Shown: positions 11,452 through 22,835, counted from the stretch's first letter. The stretch is DNA of 64,000 nucleotides from Burkholderiales bacterium (GCA_019753155.1 JAIELG010000017.1:49576-113575); one strand, 5' to 3'. A program made the numbers and translations. The notes: generated from the sequence alone by a model not told the origin.

Positions 11452-12464
11452 TCATCATCATGAACCGTGACGTCACGGAACAGCAAATCGAAACCGTCCT
11501 CGCCAAAATCCGCGATCATGGCCTCGACGCCAACATCTCCCGCGGCACCGAGCGCACCGTGATCGGCGCGATCGGGGACGAACGCAAGCTCGCACCGGAA
11601 ATGTTCGATTCCCTCCCCGGGGTCGAGTATTCCATGCACATCGTCAAGCAGTACAAGATCGTCTCGCGTGAATCCCATCCCGCGGACACCGTGATCGACA
11701 TCAGGGGAATACCGCTCGGCGGAAAACAGATCCAGATCATCGCCGGCCCCTGCTCGGTCGAAACCCAGGAACAGATGGATGCCTCCGCGCAATTCGTGAG
11801 CGAGGCCGGATGCAGGCTGATGCGTGGCGGCGCGTTCAAACCCAGGACCAGCCCCTATGCCTTTCAGGGCAAGGGTGTCGAGGGGCTCGACATGTTCGGA
11901 CGGGCAGCCAGGAAATACGATCTTCCCATCGTGACCGAACTCATGGATGTCAGGATGCTCGACACCTTCCTCGAGCGCGGGGTCGATGTCATCCAGATCG
12001 GCACGCGCAACATGCAGAACTTCGATCTTCTGAAGGAAGTCGGCAAAATCGACACACCCGTGATCCTGAAGCGCGGCATGTCCGCCACCGTCTCGGAATG
12101 GCTGATGTCCGCCGAGTACATCGCGGCAGGCGGCAACCACAACATCATTTTCTGCGAACGCGGCATCCGCACTTTCGAGACCGCCTACAGGAACGTTCTC
12201 GATGTCACTGCGATTCCCGTATTGAAGCGCGAAACCCATCTTCCCGTGATCGTCGATCCTTCCCACGCGGGCGGAAAAGCCTGGATGGTTCCCGCGCTCT
12301 CGCGGGCCGCGATTGCGGCAGGCGCCGACGGGCTGCTCGTGGAAATGCATCCCAAGCCATGCGAGGCATGGTGCGATGCGGATCAGGCGCTGAACCCGCA
12401 GGAACTCAAGAACCTGATGGGCGTATTGAGGCAGATCGCGCTGGCCCTCGGCCGGGATCTCTGA
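11448..12464 (+). CDS. aroF: 3-deoxy-7-phosphoheptulonate (DAHP) synthase, type I-beta with N-terminal ferredoxin-like regulatory domain
   Basis: 338 aa. N-terminal ~70-aa ACT/FL-like domain, then the KDO8P/DAHP-synthase core ([50 protein letters not shown]). ATGA overlap with hisC. Confidence 0.9.
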   Translation: MIIIMNRDVTEQQIETVLAKIRDHGLDANISRGTERTVIGAIGDERKLAPEMFDSLPGVEYSMHIVKQYKIVSRESHPADTVIDIRGIPLGGKQIQIIAGPCSVETQEQMDASAQFVSEAGCRLMRGGAFKPRTSPYAFQGKGVEGLDMFGRAARKYDLPIVTELMDVRMLDTFLERGVDVIQIGTRNMQNFDLLKEVGKIDTPVILKRGMSATVSEWLMSAEYIAAGGNHNIIFCERGIRTFETAYRNVLDVTAIPVLKRETHLPVIVDPSHAGGKAWMVPALSRAAIAAGADGLLVEMHPKPCEAWCDADQALNPQELKNLMGVLRQIALALGRDL

Positions 12465-12472
12465 GATCCCCG

Positions 12473-12907
12473 ATGGACAGCGACTTCTCCATCGAACTCG
12501 AAGAGATCAGGGACTACGAATTCAGGGTCGATTTCGGCGCAAGCGAGCTTCTCGTCGATGAACCTCCCCCGCTCGGTCAGGGGCACGGCCCGAACGCATC
12601 GCGCCTCCTTGCCGCAGCGGTCGCGAACTGCCTCTCCGCAAGCCTGGTATTCTGCCTGAAGAAGTTCAGGCAGAATGTGAGCGGAGTCAGAACGAAGGCA
12701 AGCGTAACGTTGGCGAGGAACGACAAGGGGCGGCTCAGGATAGGCAAAATCGCCGTCGAAATCAGGCTGGATGCGAAATACGAGCATCTCGACCGGTGTC
12801 TTGCCCAGTTCGAGGACTTTTGCGTAGTCACGGCGAGCGTGCGCGCAGGCATCCCGGTCGAAGTCAGGGTGGTCGACAGCGCAGGCAAGCTTCTGCATGA
12901 AAGCTGA
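12473..12907 (+). CDS. OsmC/Ohr-family peroxiredoxin-like protein
   Basis: 144 aa with pattern G.GPN...LL.AA.A.C......FCL.K and a C-terminal ...C.V..S.. consistent with the OsmC fold. It is the 3' part of track ORF 11810..12907, starting at ATG 12473. Confidence 0.65.
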   Translation: MDSDFSIELEEIRDYEFRVDFGASELLVDEPPPLGQGHGPNASRLLAAAVANCLSASLVFCLKKFRQNVSGVRTKASVTLARNDKGRLRIGKIAVEIRLDAKYEHLDRCLAQFEDFCVVTASVRAGIPVEVRVVDSAGKLLHES

Positions 12908-13757
12908 CATGAAACTTGTTATCTTCGGCGCGGGACTCATAGGCGGCTCTTTCGCCCTTGCATTGAAGGAGGCGAAAGCTGTGCGCAATGTGACAGGATT
13001 CGGGCGCAGCGATGTTACGTTGCAACAGGCAAAAGCGCTGGGCATCATCGACAGTATCGGCGGTGATTTAAGGGAAGTCGCAGACGCCGATCTTGTTCTG
13101 CTCGCCGTGCCAGTCGGGCAAATGGCCGACATCATGACACGCATTGCGCCTCATCTGGGCAAGAACACCCTGATCACCGATGGCGGCAGCACGAAGGCAG
13201 ACGTGGTTCTTCACGCCCGCGAATGTCTTGGCGCGCATCTTTCCGGATTCGTGCCGGCCCACCCCATCGCCGGTGGGGAAAACAGCGGCCCACTTGCGGC
13301 GCGCGTTGATCTCTTTCAGGGGAAAAAAGTGGTGATGACGCCGCTGCCTGAAAATTTGCCCGATGCCATCGCACGAATCAAGGCTGCATGGGAGGCTTGC
13401 GGCGCGACAGTGACCGAAATGACGCCTGACGAACACGATGCGGTGTTCGCCGCCGTAAGCCACCTGCCCCACCTCCTCTCCTTTGCCCTGGTTCACGATC
13501 TCGCCGGACGGAAAAACCGCGACCTGCTGTTGTCTTTCGCAGCAAGCGGCTTCAGGGATTTCACGAGAATCGCGGGAAGCTCGCCTGAAATGTGGACGGA
13601 TATCTGCCTTGCCAACCGAGATGCATTATTGACCGAATTGGGGCACTATATGCAGGAACTCGAAACCCTCCATGAGGCACTGGCTCAGGGCGATGCAAAT
13701 AAGCTGGAAGAAATCTTCAGCCTCGCGCACGCCGTGCGAAGCGTCTGGAAGCCGTAA
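12897..13757 (+). CDS. tyrA: Prephenate dehydrogenase
   Basis: Rossmann motif [16 protein letters not shown], catalytic region GGSTK, and HPIAG. An alternative start at ATG 12909 (MKLVIFGAG) would avoid overlap with the upstream gene. Confidence 0.9.
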   Translation: MKADMKLVIFGAGLIGGSFALALKEAKAVRNVTGFGRSDVTLQQAKALGIIDSIGGDLREVADADLVLLAVPVGQMADIMTRIAPHLGKNTLITDGGSTKADVVLHARECLGAHLSGFVPAHPIAGGENSGPLAARVDLFQGKKVVMTPLPENLPDAIARIKAAWEACGATVTEMTPDEHDAVFAAVSHLPHLLSFALVHDLAGRKNRDLLLSFAASGFRDFTRIAGSSPEMWTDICLANRDALLTELGHYMQELETLHEALAQGDANKLEEIFSLAHAVRSVWKP

Positions 13758-14085
13758 TAAAGCCTATCTTCAATCACAATGCACTGGCTGCTTTCTGTGT
13801 CGGAAAGCGCTTCGGCGAAAACGGGTTTCCCCCGATCAACATTCCATCGGAAGAGCGCCTCGCCTATCTGAATGCCATAGCCGACATCACGTCGCCTTGC
13901 GGGAATGTCAGTTTGCAGAAACATCCAGCCCGCGTGGTCGACCTGGATGCCGTCGAACGTTTTGCAGTATCATGCATGCGTTGGTGGCAGCCGATTCTCG
14001 ATCTGATCGACCGCACCCTTCGGAAGGACGCCGAATTGAACCCGGATGCCGCGAAACGCCCGACATAATATCGAGCATTATTGAA

Positions 14086-16047
14086 ATGAAAAAAGAATAT
14101 ATCGATCTCCCCCATTCGATGTCCGCACGCGGGACAGTGAATTTGCCGGGCTCCAAGAGCATCTCCAACCGCGTGCTGCTGCTCGCGGCGCTCGCATCAG
14201 GCAAAACCGAAATCCATGACCTGCTGGAATCCGACGATACGTCCCGCATGCTCGAAGCCCTGCAAAAACTCGGGGTCAAAATCGAATTCAAGGGCAAAAA
14301 CGCCTGCATCGTGGAAGGCATGGAAGGAAACTTCCCGGCAAAAGAAGCCAGACTTTTCCTGGGGAACGCCGGAACCGCATTCAGGCCTTTGACGGCTGTT
14401 CTGGCATTGTCTGGCGGGCATTATGAATTGTCAGGCGTGTCCCGCATGCATGAGCGCCCTATAGGGGATCTCGTGGATGCATTGCGGCAGATCGGCGCAA
14501 GGATAGCCTATCTCGGAAACGATGGCTTCCCTCCCCTTGAAATCATGCCTTTTCCGGATAATGAAAACGCAAGCCTTTCGGTGCGGGGATATGTCTCCAG
14601 CCAGTTCCTCACGGGCCTTCTGATGGCCCTTCCCCTCGTCAAGCGGGAAATCCGGCTGGAAGTGGAAGGGGATCTGATTTCGAGGCCTTACATCGAAATC
14701 ACGCTCGCCATGATGAAGCAGTTCGGCGTGACGGTCGAGCGTGAAGGCTGGAACGCATTCATCATTCCTGCGGACAGCCGTTACCGGAGTCCCGGCATCA
14801 TCCATGTCGAGGGGGATGCTTCGTCCGCTTCCTACTTCCTCGCCGCAGGGGCGATAGGGGGCGGCCCCGTGCGAGTGACAGGAGTCGGGAGGAACAGCGT
14901 CCAGGGCGACGCGAAATTCTCCGAAGCGCTGGAGGCAATGGGCGCGAAAATCGTCATGGGGGAAAACTGGATCGAAGCAAGCGCCCCTGTTGGCGGACTG
15001 AAAGCCATAGACCTCGACTGCAACCATATACCGGATGCCGCGATGACCCTCGCCGTCACCGCGCTTTTCGCAAAAGGCAAAACGACATTAAGCAATATCG
15101 CGAGCTGGCGCGTCAAGGAAACCGACCGCATCAGCGCCATGGCCACGGAACTGGGAAAGCTCGGCGCAACGGTCGAGGAAGGCCGGGATTATATTTCGAT
15201 CACCCCGCCCGAAGAAATCCGTTATGCCGAAATCGACACCTATGACGACCACAGGATGGCGATGTGTTTTTCGCTCGCATCCTTCGGCGCCCATGTGCGC
15301 ATCAACGACCCCGGATGCGTGGCAAAAACCTTCCCCGAATATTTCGAGCGCTTCGGGGAGATCGCGGCTCCCGTACCCGTCATTTCCATAGACGGCCCGT
15401 CCGCTTCCGGAAAAGGCACCGTAGCCGCCATAGTCGCAAAAAAGCTGGGATTTCATTACCTCGACAGCGGCGCCCTTTACCGCATCGCCGCCCTTGCCGC
15501 GATCAGGGCCGGAATTTCGCTCGACGACGGAGAACAGGTGACGAGCCTCGTGGAAAAAATGGAAATCCTGTTCAAAAATGGGGAAATCCTGCTCGACGGC
15601 GCCCCGGTCACGGATGCAATCAGGAGCGAAATCTGCTCGAGCGGCGCATCCCGCGTTGCGGCATTGCCGCAGGTGAGAACAGCGCTTCTCGAGCGCCAGA
15701 AGCGCTTCAGGCGCCCGCCCGGCCTCGTCGCGGACGGGCGCGACATGGGCTCGACCGTCTTTCCCGACTCCATTCTCAAGGTATTCCTCACGGCAAGCGC
15801 GGAAGAACGCGCAAAAAGAAGGCATAAACAGTTGATTGAGAAAGGAGCCAGTGTTAATATTGATACCCTTTTGCAGGATATCAGGGAACGCGACGAACGC
15901 GACAGCAGACGTAGCGTGGCCCCGTTGCAGCAAAACGCTGACGCGGAACTGGTCGACACGACCCGGATCGGCATAATGGATGCCGTATCCAGGGTTCTTG
16001 ATCTTTTTTCCGCGAAGAGTTCCGGGAGTGTTTCCCGGTTCGATTAA
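14086..16047 (+). CDS. aroA: Fusion protein: 3-phosphoshikimate 1-carboxyvinyltransferase (EPSP synthase) + cytidylate kinase
   Basis: The N-terminal ~430 aa is AroA ([44 protein letters not shown]). It continues in frame with no stop into a full Cmk ([13 protein letters not shown]...YLDSGALYR...DGRDMGS.VFP). Start at ATG 14086, not the track start 13672. Confidence 0.9.
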   Translation: MKKEYIDLPHSMSARGTVNLPGSKSISNRVLLLAALASGKTEIHDLLESDDTSRMLEALQKLGVKIEFKGKNACIVEGMEGNFPAKEARLFLGNAGTAFRPLTAVLALSGGHYELSGVSRMHERPIGDLVDALRQIGARIAYLGNDGFPPLEIMPFPDNENASLSVRGYVSSQFLTGLLMALPLVKREIRLEVEGDLISRPYIEITLAMMKQFGVTVEREGWNAFIIPADSRYRSPGIIHVEGDASSASYFLAAGAIGGGPVRVTGVGRNSVQGDAKFSEALEAMGAKIVMGENWIEASAPVGGLKAIDLDCNHIPDAAMTLAVTALFAKGKTTLSNIASWRVKETDRISAMATELGKLGATVEEGRDYISITPPEEIRYAEIDTYDDHRMAMCFSLASFGAHVRINDPGCVAKTFPEYFERFGEIAAPVPVISIDGPSASGKGTVAAIVAKKLGFHYLDSGALYRIAALAAIRAGISLDDGEQVTSLVEKMEILFKNGEILLDGAPVTDAIRSEICSSGASRVAALPQVRTALLERQKRFRRPPGLVADGRDMGSTVFPDSILKVFLTASAEERAKRRHKQLIEKGASVNIDTLLQDIRERDERDSRRSVAPLQQNADAELVDTTRIGIMDAVSRVLDLFSAKSSGSVSRFD

Positions 16048-16088
16048 CCAACCCCCGCCTGTCGGGATATTTTTAGGTATTATTCAAG

Positions 16089-17804
16089 ATGGCCTCTGTC
16101 TCCCCGGTTTCCGAAATCCACGAAAGTTTTGCCTCCCTGTTCGAGGAAAGCCTAGGCCGCATGGAAATGCGCGCGGGCGAAGTGATCACCGCTGAAGTGG
16201 TGCGCGTCGATTACAACGTCGTCGTGGTCAATGCAGGATTGAAATCCGAAAGCTTCATCCCCGTCGAGGAATTTCGCAACGAAAAAGGCGAAATCGAAGT
16301 CAAGCCCGGCGATTTTGTCTCCGTCGCAATCGAGTCCCTCGAAGACGGCTACGGCGAAACCCGTCTTTCCCGCGACAAGGCAAAACGCCTCGCAGCCTGG
16401 CAGGAACTGGAAGAAGCGCTGGAAAAAGGCACGATCGTGCAGGGCCTCGTCACCGGAAAGGTCAAGGGTGGTCTCACGGTCATGATCAACAGCATCCGCG
16501 CCTTCCTGCCCGGATCGCTCGTCGATACGCGCCCGATCAAGGACACCTCTCCCTTCGAAGGCAAGGAACTCGATTTCAAGGTCATCAAGCTCGACCGCAA
16601 GCGCAACAACATCGTGGTTTCGCGCCGCGCTGTCATGGAAGCTTCCCTGGGCGCAGACCGCCAGGCCCTGCTGGAGAGCCTGCAGGAAGGCGCCATGGTC
16701 AAGGGCATCGTCAAGAACATCACCGATTACGGCGCATTCGTCGACCTGGGCGGAATCGACGGCCTGCTGCATATCACCGATCTCGCATGGCGCAGGGTCA
16801 AGCATCCTTCCGAAGTGCTGGCAGTCGGCGATGAAGTCGAAGCCAAGATCCTCAAATTCGACAAGGAAAAGAACCGCGTCTCCCTCGGCCTCAAGCAACT
16901 CGGCGACGATCCTTGGGTCGGCCTTTCCCGCCGCTATCCGACGGGAACCCGTCTTTTCGGCAAGGTCAGCAACCTCACCGACTATGGCGCTTTCGTCGAG
17001 ATCGAGCCCGGCATCGAAGGTCTCGTGCATGTTTCCGAAATGGACTGGACCAACAAAAATGTTCATCCTTCCAAAGTCGTTCAGCTCGGCGACGAAGTAG
17101 AAGTGATGATCCTCGAAATAGACGAAGATCGCCGCAGGATTTCTCTGGGCATGAAGCAGTGCATGCCCAATCCCTGGGACGAATTCGAAATGAACCACCA
17201 GAAGGGTGACCGCGTGCGTGGACAGATCAAGTCGATCACCGATTTCGGCGTGTTCATCGGCCTGCCGGGCGGGATAGACGGCCTCGTCCATCTTTCCGAC
17301 CTTTCCTGGACATTGCCCGGCGAAGAAGCCGTGCGCAATTACAAGAAAGGCGACGAACTCGAAGCCATCGTTCTTTCCATCGACATCGAGAGGGAGCGCA
17401 TTTCCCTCGGCGTCAAGCAGGCGGAAGGGGATCCCTTCAATGCCTTCGTCGCGACCAATGACAAGAACAGCATCGTAACCGGAACGGTCAAGTCCATCGA
17501 TGCCAAGGGCGCTGTCATCGATCTCGGCGACGACATCACCGGCTATCTGCGCGCATCCGAAGTGGCGCGGGACAGGGTGGACGACATCCGCAATCACCTC
17601 AAGGAAGGCGATGCCGTCGAAGCCGTGATACTCAATATCGACCGCAAGAACCGCACCATCAACCTGTCGATCAAGGCCAAGGATCAGATCGAGGAATCCG
17701 CTGCGATGCAGAAGATTTCGACCGACAACGCCGGAAACGCAGGGACGACGAGCCTCGGCGCATTGCTCAAGGCCAAGCTCGAAGTCAAGAAAAACGAACA
17801 ATAA
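16089..17804 (+). CDS. rpsA: 30S ribosomal protein S1
   Basis: 571 aa with six S1 repeats (recurring ...G.V...TDYGAFV.L.GGIDGL.H.S... pattern). Conserved cmk-rpsA-ihfB order. Confidence 0.97.
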   Translation: MASVSPVSEIHESFASLFEESLGRMEMRAGEVITAEVVRVDYNVVVVNAGLKSESFIPVEEFRNEKGEIEVKPGDFVSVAIESLEDGYGETRLSRDKAKRLAAWQELEEALEKGTIVQGLVTGKVKGGLTVMINSIRAFLPGSLVDTRPIKDTSPFEGKELDFKVIKLDRKRNNIVVSRRAVMEASLGADRQALLESLQEGAMVKGIVKNITDYGAFVDLGGIDGLLHITDLAWRRVKHPSEVLAVGDEVEAKILKFDKEKNRVSLGLKQLGDDPWVGLSRRYPTGTRLFGKVSNLTDYGAFVEIEPGIEGLVHVSEMDWTNKNVHPSKVVQLGDEVEVMILEIDEDRRRISLGMKQCMPNPWDEFEMNHQKGDRVRGQIKSITDFGVFIGLPGGIDGLVHLSDLSWTLPGEEAVRNYKKGDELEAIVLSIDIERERISLGVKQAEGDPFNAFVATNDKNSIVTGTVKSIDAKGAVIDLGDDITGYLRASEVARDRVDDIRNHLKEGDAVEAVILNIDRKNRTINLSIKAKDQIEESAAMQKISTDNAGNAGTTSLGALLKAKLEVKKNEQ

Positions 17805-17813
17805 GGATTTGCC

Positions 17814-18098
17814 ATGACAAAGTCCGATCTGATCATGAGACTTGCAGAGAGACATCCCCAACTCGTCCTGAAGGACGCGGAAATGGCTGTCAAGATGGTT
17901 CTGGACGTAATGACGGCGAGTCTCGCCGAAGGTCAGCGGATAGAAATCAGGGGTTTCGGCAGTTTCAGCCTGAACTACCGGCCTTCGAGGATAGGACGGA
18001 ATCCGAAATCCGGCGAGAAAGTCATGGTGCCGGCAAAATATGTTCCGCATTTCAAGGCTGGAAAAGAACTGAGAGAGCGGGTCGACAGCGACAAATAA
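17814..18098 (+). CDS. ihfB: Integration host factor subunit beta
   Basis: 94 aa beginning MTKSDLI..LA, with IEIRGFGSF....R..R.GRNP.TGE.V....K.VP.FK.GKELR. Confidence 0.95.
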   Translation: MTKSDLIMRLAERHPQLVLKDAEMAVKMVLDVMTASLAEGQRIEIRGFGSFSLNYRPSRIGRNPKSGEKVMVPAKYVPHFKAGKELRERVDSDK

Positions 18099-18124
18099 AC
18101 TCGCGGCTTTCCTGTTAAAATAAT

Positions 18125-18158
18125 GGCGGCATGTCGAAAGACGATGCCGCCTTTTTTT
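18125..18158 (+). terminator. Rho-independent terminator after ihfB
   Basis: GGCGGCAT-gtcgaaagacg-ATGCCGCC forms a perfect 8-bp GC-rich stem, followed by T7. Confidence 0.8.
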
Positions 18159-18174
18159 AGCTTTCGGGTTAACC

Positions 18175-18417
18175 ATGCGCTATCTGTTCTGGATTTCGAG
18201 GCTGTCGCTGTTTCTGCTGTTTTTCAGTTTCGCTCTGAAAAACACGGAGACGACGGCATTGCACTACTACCTGGGATACCAATGGCATGCGTCGCTCGCA
18301 CTGATACTGCTCGTATTTTTCACCTTCGGTATCGGCGTAGGGCTGATGGCCAGCTTCGCCACGATTTTCAGGCAGAGGCGCGAAATCGCACAGCTCAAAA
18401 AACAGAAGAGCGAATAG
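18175..18417 (+). CDS. lapA: Lipopolysaccharide assembly protein A (YciS-like small inner-membrane protein)
   Basis: 80 aa with two predicted TM helices. It lies immediately upstream of lapB (2-nt gap) and downstream of ihfB, as in E. coli. Confidence 0.75.
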   Translation: MRYLFWISRLSLFLLFFSFALKNTETTALHYYLGYQWHASLALILLVFFTFGIGVGLMASFATIFRQRREIAQLKKQKSE

Positions 18418-18418
18418 C

Positions 18419-19588
18419 ATGGAAATCCAGTCATGGTGGTTGCTGGCCCTTCCCCTCTTTTTCGGGCTGGGCTGGGTGGCGGCAAGAATAGACCTCAAAC
18501 ACCTCCTCTCCGAATCGAGGGCGCTTCCGCAATCCTATTTCAAGGGACTCAATTTCCTGATGAACGAACAGCCCGACAAGGCGATCGAGGCGTTCATCGA
18601 CGTCATCAAGGTCGAACCCCAGACCATAGAACTGCATTTCGCGCTCGGCAGCCTCTTCAGGAGGCGCGGGGAAGTCACCCGCGCGATCAGGATGCATCAG
18701 TCCCTGCTGGAAAGAAACGATCTCGACCAGGACAGGAAACTCCACACCCTGTTCGAAATCGCCCAGGATTATCTCAAGGCGGGGCTTCTGGACCGCGCAG
18801 AGGAATCGTTCGTCCAACTGGATGGCACACCCTATGCCGAACCTTCCCTCAAGTTCCTGCTCGAAATTTACGAACAGGAAAAGGATTGGCTGAAAGCCGT
18901 CGATACGGCAAGGCAACTCGAAAAAGTCTCGGGGCAGTCCTACCAGAAGGAAATCGCCAATTTCTATTGCGAACTCGCGGCGCATGAAATGATGAATTCT
19001 AAAATCCAGGATGCGGGCGCCCATCTCGAAGACGCATTGAGCGTTCACAGGCGCTGCGTCAGATCCAACGTGCTGCTCGGCGACCTGGAAATGAACCGGG
19101 GCAATTTCGAAGCCGCCATCGATGCCTGGAAGCGCATCGAATCGCAAAGCCCCCTTCACCTTGCCCTGGTCTCCGAGAAAATGCTGGATGCCTATGGGAA
19201 ACTCGGAAAATTCGAGGAGGGACTGCACCTGCTGAAGGGCTATCTTGCGAGTTATCCTTCGGTCGAATTGCTCAATGTCGCCTTCGATGCCGAACTGAAA
19301 GCGAACGGAGTCGAGGCCGCCTATCACCTGGTGCGCGACGAACTGAGGAAAAATCCCAGCCTTCCCGGACTCGACAGGCTGCTCGAAGCGCAGCTCATGG
19401 AAGCGCCGCCCGAGCGCAGAAAGGATCTCGAACTCATCAAGAATCTGGTCCACCAGCATGCGAAAAGCCTCGCACAATACCGCTGCGAAACATGCGGGTT
19501 CAATGCGAAACAGTTTTACTGGCGCTGCCCTGCCTGCGGCGGATGGGAAACTTTCCCGCCCAAACAGTCCGAAGAACGCGACAAATGA
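18419..19588 (+). CDS. lapB: Lipopolysaccharide assembly protein B (YciM; TPR + rubredoxin-like zinc finger)
   Basis: 389 aa with an N-terminal TM helix and TPR repeats. The C-terminus YRCETCGF....[13 protein letters not shown] is the LapB metal-binding motif. Confidence 0.9.
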   Translation: MEIQSWWLLALPLFFGLGWVAARIDLKHLLSESRALPQSYFKGLNFLMNEQPDKAIEAFIDVIKVEPQTIELHFALGSLFRRRGEVTRAIRMHQSLLERNDLDQDRKLHTLFEIAQDYLKAGLLDRAEESFVQLDGTPYAEPSLKFLLEIYEQEKDWLKAVDTARQLEKVSGQSYQKEIANFYCELAAHEMMNSKIQDAGAHLEDALSVHRRCVRSNVLLGDLEMNRGNFEAAIDAWKRIESQSPLHLALVSEKMLDAYGKLGKFEEGLHLLKGYLASYPSVELLNVAFDAELKANGVEAAYHLVRDELRKNPSLPGLDRLLEAQLMEAPPERRKDLELIKNLVHQHAKSLAQYRCETCGFNAKQFYWRCPACGGWETFPPKQSEERDK

Positions 19589-20277
19589 ATTCACCCATCA
19601 TCATAGCCCTCGATTTTCCGGAAGCCTCCCATGCGATCCGCTTCGCCGACACCCTCGACCCTGCCCTGTGCAGGCTGAAAGTCGGGAAGGAGCTTTTCAC
19701 CCAGGCCGGCCCCTCTCTCGTCGAAACCTTGATGAAAAAAGGATTCGATATTTTCCTGGATCTGAAATTTCACGACATTCCCAACACCGTGGCGGCCGCA
19801 TGCAAGGCTGCCGCCGGACTCGGGGTATGGATGGTCAATGTCCATGCGCTGGGGGGAAGCCGGATGATGAAAGCTGCGAGGCTCGCGCTCGCGGATGCTC
19901 CATGCAAGCTGATCGCAGTCACGCTTCTCACCAGCATGGGGCGCGAAGACATCGAGGAAATCGGCCTTCAGGGGGAGCCCATCGATATCGTCGGGCGCCT
20001 GGCGGCGCTCGCCAGATCCTGCAATCTCGACGGCGTGGTGTGCTCGGCGATCGAAGCCGCCATGCTCAGAAAGAAATTCGGCGCGGACTTCTGTCTCGTC
20101 ACGCCCGGCATTCGCCCTTCAGGGGCCTCGAGCGACGACCAGAAGCGCATCATGTCGCCAATCGAAGCCATTGAAAGCGGCTCGGATTATCTCGTCATCG
20201 GCAGGCCGGTCAGGGAAGCGCCGGATCCCCTGCGCGCGCTGGAATCCATACTGGAAGAAATAAAATGGAAAAATTGA
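19585..20277 (+). CDS. pyrF: Orotidine 5'-phosphate decarboxylase
   Basis: Motifs [25 protein letters not shown] and VIGRP. Start placed at ATG 19585 (ATGA overlap with the lapB stop) rather than track start 19492. Confidence 0.92.
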   Translation: MNSPIIIALDFPEASHAIRFADTLDPALCRLKVGKELFTQAGPSLVETLMKKGFDIFLDLKFHDIPNTVAAACKAAAGLGVWMVNVHALGGSRMMKAARLALADAPCKLIAVTLLTSMGREDIEEIGLQGEPIDIVGRLAALARSCNLDGVVCSAIEAAMLRKKFGADFCLVTPGIRPSGASSDDQKRIMSPIEAIESGSDYLVIGRPVREAPDPLRALESILEEIKWKN

Positions 20278-21212
20278 ACTTCACCCAGGCCAGGCTGCTG
20301 GTTGTCGGGGATGTCATGCTGGATCGCTACTGGTTCGGGGAAGTCGAGCGCATCTCGCCCGAAGCGCCGGTTCCCGTCATCAAGGTCGGGCGTGTCGAAG
20401 ACAGAGCCGGGGGCGCCGCGAACGTCGCACGCAACATCGCGTCCCTCGGCGCAAAAGTATCCCTGCTTTCCGTCATAGGCATGGATGAAGCGGGAAACAG
20501 CCTGGAGAAGCTCGTCAAACATGACGGGGTCGAAGCCATCCTGCACCGGGACGAGAGCATTTCGACCACGATCAAACTGAGGGCGATCGCGAGGCACCAG
20601 CAATTGCTGCGGATCGATTTCGAAACCCAGCCCAGCTTCGAGATACTGGATTCCGTTCTGGCGGATTTCACCAATGAGATCGAAAAAGCGGATGTCGTCA
20701 TACTCTCCGATTACGGCAAAGGCGGGCTTGGGCATATCGAAAAAATGATCCATATTGCAAGAGCCGCGAAGAAACCCGTGCTCGTCGATCCCAAGGGAGA
20801 GGATTATACCCGCTACCGTGGCGCCACCCTGATCACGCCGAATCGCAGCGAATTCAGGCAGGTTGCGGGGTCATGGAAGAGCGAATCCGAATTGACGGAA
20901 AAAGCGCAGCGCCTGCGGGAAGAACTGGACCTGACCGCCCTCCTCGTCACCCGTAGCGAGGAAGGAATGAGCCTTTACAGGGAAGAAGGCGTTTTGCACG
21001 AAGGCGTGAAAGCCATAGAAGTATTCGATGTCAGCGGAGCGGGAGACACCGTGATCGCAACATTCGGAACCATGCTGGCAAGCGGCGCCTCTTTCGTGGA
21101 TGCCATGAGAATGTCCAACCGGGCGGCGGGAATCGTGGTGGGCAAGCTCGGCACAGCCGTCGTGACGCGCGAGGAACTGGAAAACCAGGAGGAGTCATCA
21201 TGTATATCATAG
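20265..21212 (+). CDS. rfaE1: D-glycero-beta-D-manno-heptose-7-phosphate kinase (stand-alone RfaE domain I / HldA type)
   Basis: 315 aa of the PfkB ribokinase family. N-terminus is [25 protein letters not shown] and C-terminus is DVSGAGDTV. There is no adenylyltransferase domain. Confidence 0.88.
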   Translation: MEKLNFTQARLLVVGDVMLDRYWFGEVERISPEAPVPVIKVGRVEDRAGGAANVARNIASLGAKVSLLSVIGMDEAGNSLEKLVKHDGVEAILHRDESISTTIKLRAIARHQQLLRIDFETQPSFEILDSVLADFTNEIEKADVVILSDYGKGGLGHIEKMIHIARAAKKPVLVDPKGEDYTRYRGATLITPNRSEFRQVAGSWKSESELTEKAQRLREELDLTALLVTRSEEGMSLYREEGVLHEGVKAIEVFDVSGAGDTVIATFGTMLASGASFVDAMRMSNRAAGIVVGKLGTAVVTREELENQEESSCIS

Positions 21213-22195
21213 TTACCGGAGCGGCCGGGTTCATAGGCTCCAACATCGTCAGGGGACTCAACGAGCGCGGCATCACTGAAATCATCGCGGTCGACAACAT
21301 GAAGCAATCCGGGAAATTCAGGAACCTGGTCGATTGCGAAATCGCGGATTATTTCGACAAGACCGAATTCATGGATATGCTCACCTCGAATACTTTCGGA
21401 AGCCGCGGAGCCGCTGTCCTGCATCAGGGCGCATGCTCCGACACGATGGAGCCGGACGGGCGCTACATGATGGAAAACAACTACCGCTATTCCATGACGC
21501 TGCTGGACTACTGCCAGCGCCAAGGCATCCCGTTCATTTACGCTTCATCCGCATCCGTCTATGGCAGCGGAGAAGTCTTCCTGGAATCGAGGAAATTCGA
21601 AGCGCCGCTCAATGTCTACGGCTACTCGAAATTCCTGTTCGACCAGGCCGTGCGCAAAAAGATGACGAAAAGAAGCGCCCAGATCGCCGGCTTCCGCTAT
21701 TTCAACGTCTACGGCGCAGGAGAATCCCACAAGGGCAGGATGGCTTCAGTCGCCTATCATTTCTACAACCAGTTCAGGTCCACGGGAAGCGTCAAGCTTT
21801 TCGAAGGCTGCTCGGGCTATGGAAACGGCGAGCAGCGCCGGGATTTCATTTCCGTGGAAGACGTGGTGAAAGTCAACCTGCATTTCCTCGATCATCCCGA
21901 AATATCGGGCATTTTCAACGTGGGGACGGGCGCATCCGAACCCTTCAACAACGTTGCGGTTGCCACCATCAATGCCTGCCTCCACTACGAAGGCAGGGAG
22001 CCTTTGAACCTCACGGAAATGAAGGAGCGGGGAATGATCCAGTACATCCCTTTCCCGGAAGATCTGAAGAAACAGTACCAGAGCTTCACCGAAGCGGATA
22101 TAGGCGAGCTGAGGCGCTCGGGCTATGTCGAGTCCTTCCTGAACGTCGATGAAGGCGTCTCGCGCTACGTCGGCCAGTTGCTGTCTGGCACTTGA
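21200..22195 (+). CDS. hldD: ADP-L-glycero-D-manno-heptose 6-epimerase (RfaD)
   Basis: 331 aa beginning [17 protein letters not shown], with [14 protein letters not shown] and RYFNVYG. It appears full length, ending ...[14 protein letters not shown]. Confidence 0.95.
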   Translation: MYIIVTGAAGFIGSNIVRGLNERGITEIIAVDNMKQSGKFRNLVDCEIADYFDKTEFMDMLTSNTFGSRGAAVLHQGACSDTMEPDGRYMMENNYRYSMTLLDYCQRQGIPFIYASSASVYGSGEVFLESRKFEAPLNVYGYSKFLFDQAVRKKMTKRSAQIAGFRYFNVYGAGESHKGRMASVAYHFYNQFRSTGSVKLFEGCSGYGNGEQRRDFISVEDVVKVNLHFLDHPEISGIFNVGTGASEPFNNVAVATINACLHYEGREPLNLTEMKERGMIQYIPFPEDLKKQYQSFTEADIGELRRSGYVESFLNVDEGVSRYVGQLLSGT

Positions 22196-22444
22196 TGCAC
22201 CACAAGGAACAGGCATGGACAACAGGTTCTGATCTTCGGTTCGCGCGCCAAGGGCACATTCAAGAATGGTTCGGACATCGATCTTGCCGTATTTGCCCCG
22301 ACCTTGAGCGAACAGAATTTCATCCGGCTGTGGAACGAACTGGATGCGTTGCCGCGGGTATTGCTGACACTGCTTAACGACTCAATGTCCAAATGCGACC
22401 ATCTCGCGCATCTACTGTTCGGGAAACGCCCGGCGTTACCCTGA
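22196..22444 (+). pseudogene. N-terminally truncated minimal nucleotidyltransferase (MNT / Pol-beta-type NTase) remnant
   Basis: A frame-2 open frame starts directly after the hldD stop and has no start codon: ...QQVLIFGSRAKGTFKNGSDIDLAVFAP...RLWNELDALP. The GS-x9-12-D.D NTase motif is intact, but the ~20 N-terminal residues are missing and the C-terminus is divergent. Confidence 0.6.
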
Positions 22445-22478
22445 ACCCTCAATCCCATGCGACCCAAGGAGCAAAAAA

Positions 22479-22835
22479 ATGGAATACATCTTGATTTATC
22501 GCCAACCGGCTGAAATCTACGAAATGAACAAGGATCCGATCAAAGGGCCGCCAAATCTGGCTGCGTGGCAACAATACATGGACGCCATGGGCGACGCCGG
22601 CATCCTCAGGGGCGGAAATCGGCTTGAGGCCTTATCCGGCACTTCGGTCAAAGTCGTGAACGGCAAACGCCAGGTTCAGGACGGGCCATTTGCAGACAGC
22701 AAAGACCTGCTCGGCGGATATGTGATCATTGACGCACCGACACTGGATGAAGCGCTACGTTGGGCAGAGTTCAGCCCGAGCTCCAAAACCGGATTTACCG
22801 ATGTCTACCCGGTAATGGCCATGCCGAAGAAGTGA
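22479..22835 (+). CDS. YCII-related (DGPF-type) domain protein
   Basis: 118 aa with the hallmark DGPFADSKDLLGGYVIIDAPTLDEALRWA. A strong SD (AAGGAG) lies 8 nt upstream. Confidence 0.8.
   Translation: MEYILIYRQPAEIYEMNKDPIKGPPNLAAWQQYMDAMGDAGILRGGNRLEALSGTSVKVVNGKRQVQDGPFADSKDLLGGYVIIDAPTLDEALRWAEFSPSSKTGFTDVYPVMAMPKK

Noticed and set aside
13672-14085. Long N-terminal extensions offered by the ORF track. Examples: aroA from 13672, rlmB to 32355, methyltransferase to 56470, rnhA to 55733, hisC from 10216, dnaQ to 55020, ubiG to 3050, pyrF from 19492.
   Set aside because: The extensions overlap upstream genes or consist of Arg-rich junk. Family-typical N-termini begin at internal Met or Val codons, which also create the usual ATGA/TAATG/GTGA coupling overlaps.
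22186-22200. TGGCAC motif at the end of hldD, considered as a possible sigma-54 promoter for the islet.
   Set aside because: The downstream element is TGC at +10 rather than TTGC with the GC at +12. The spacing is off by 2 nt, and the motif lies inside the coding sequence.
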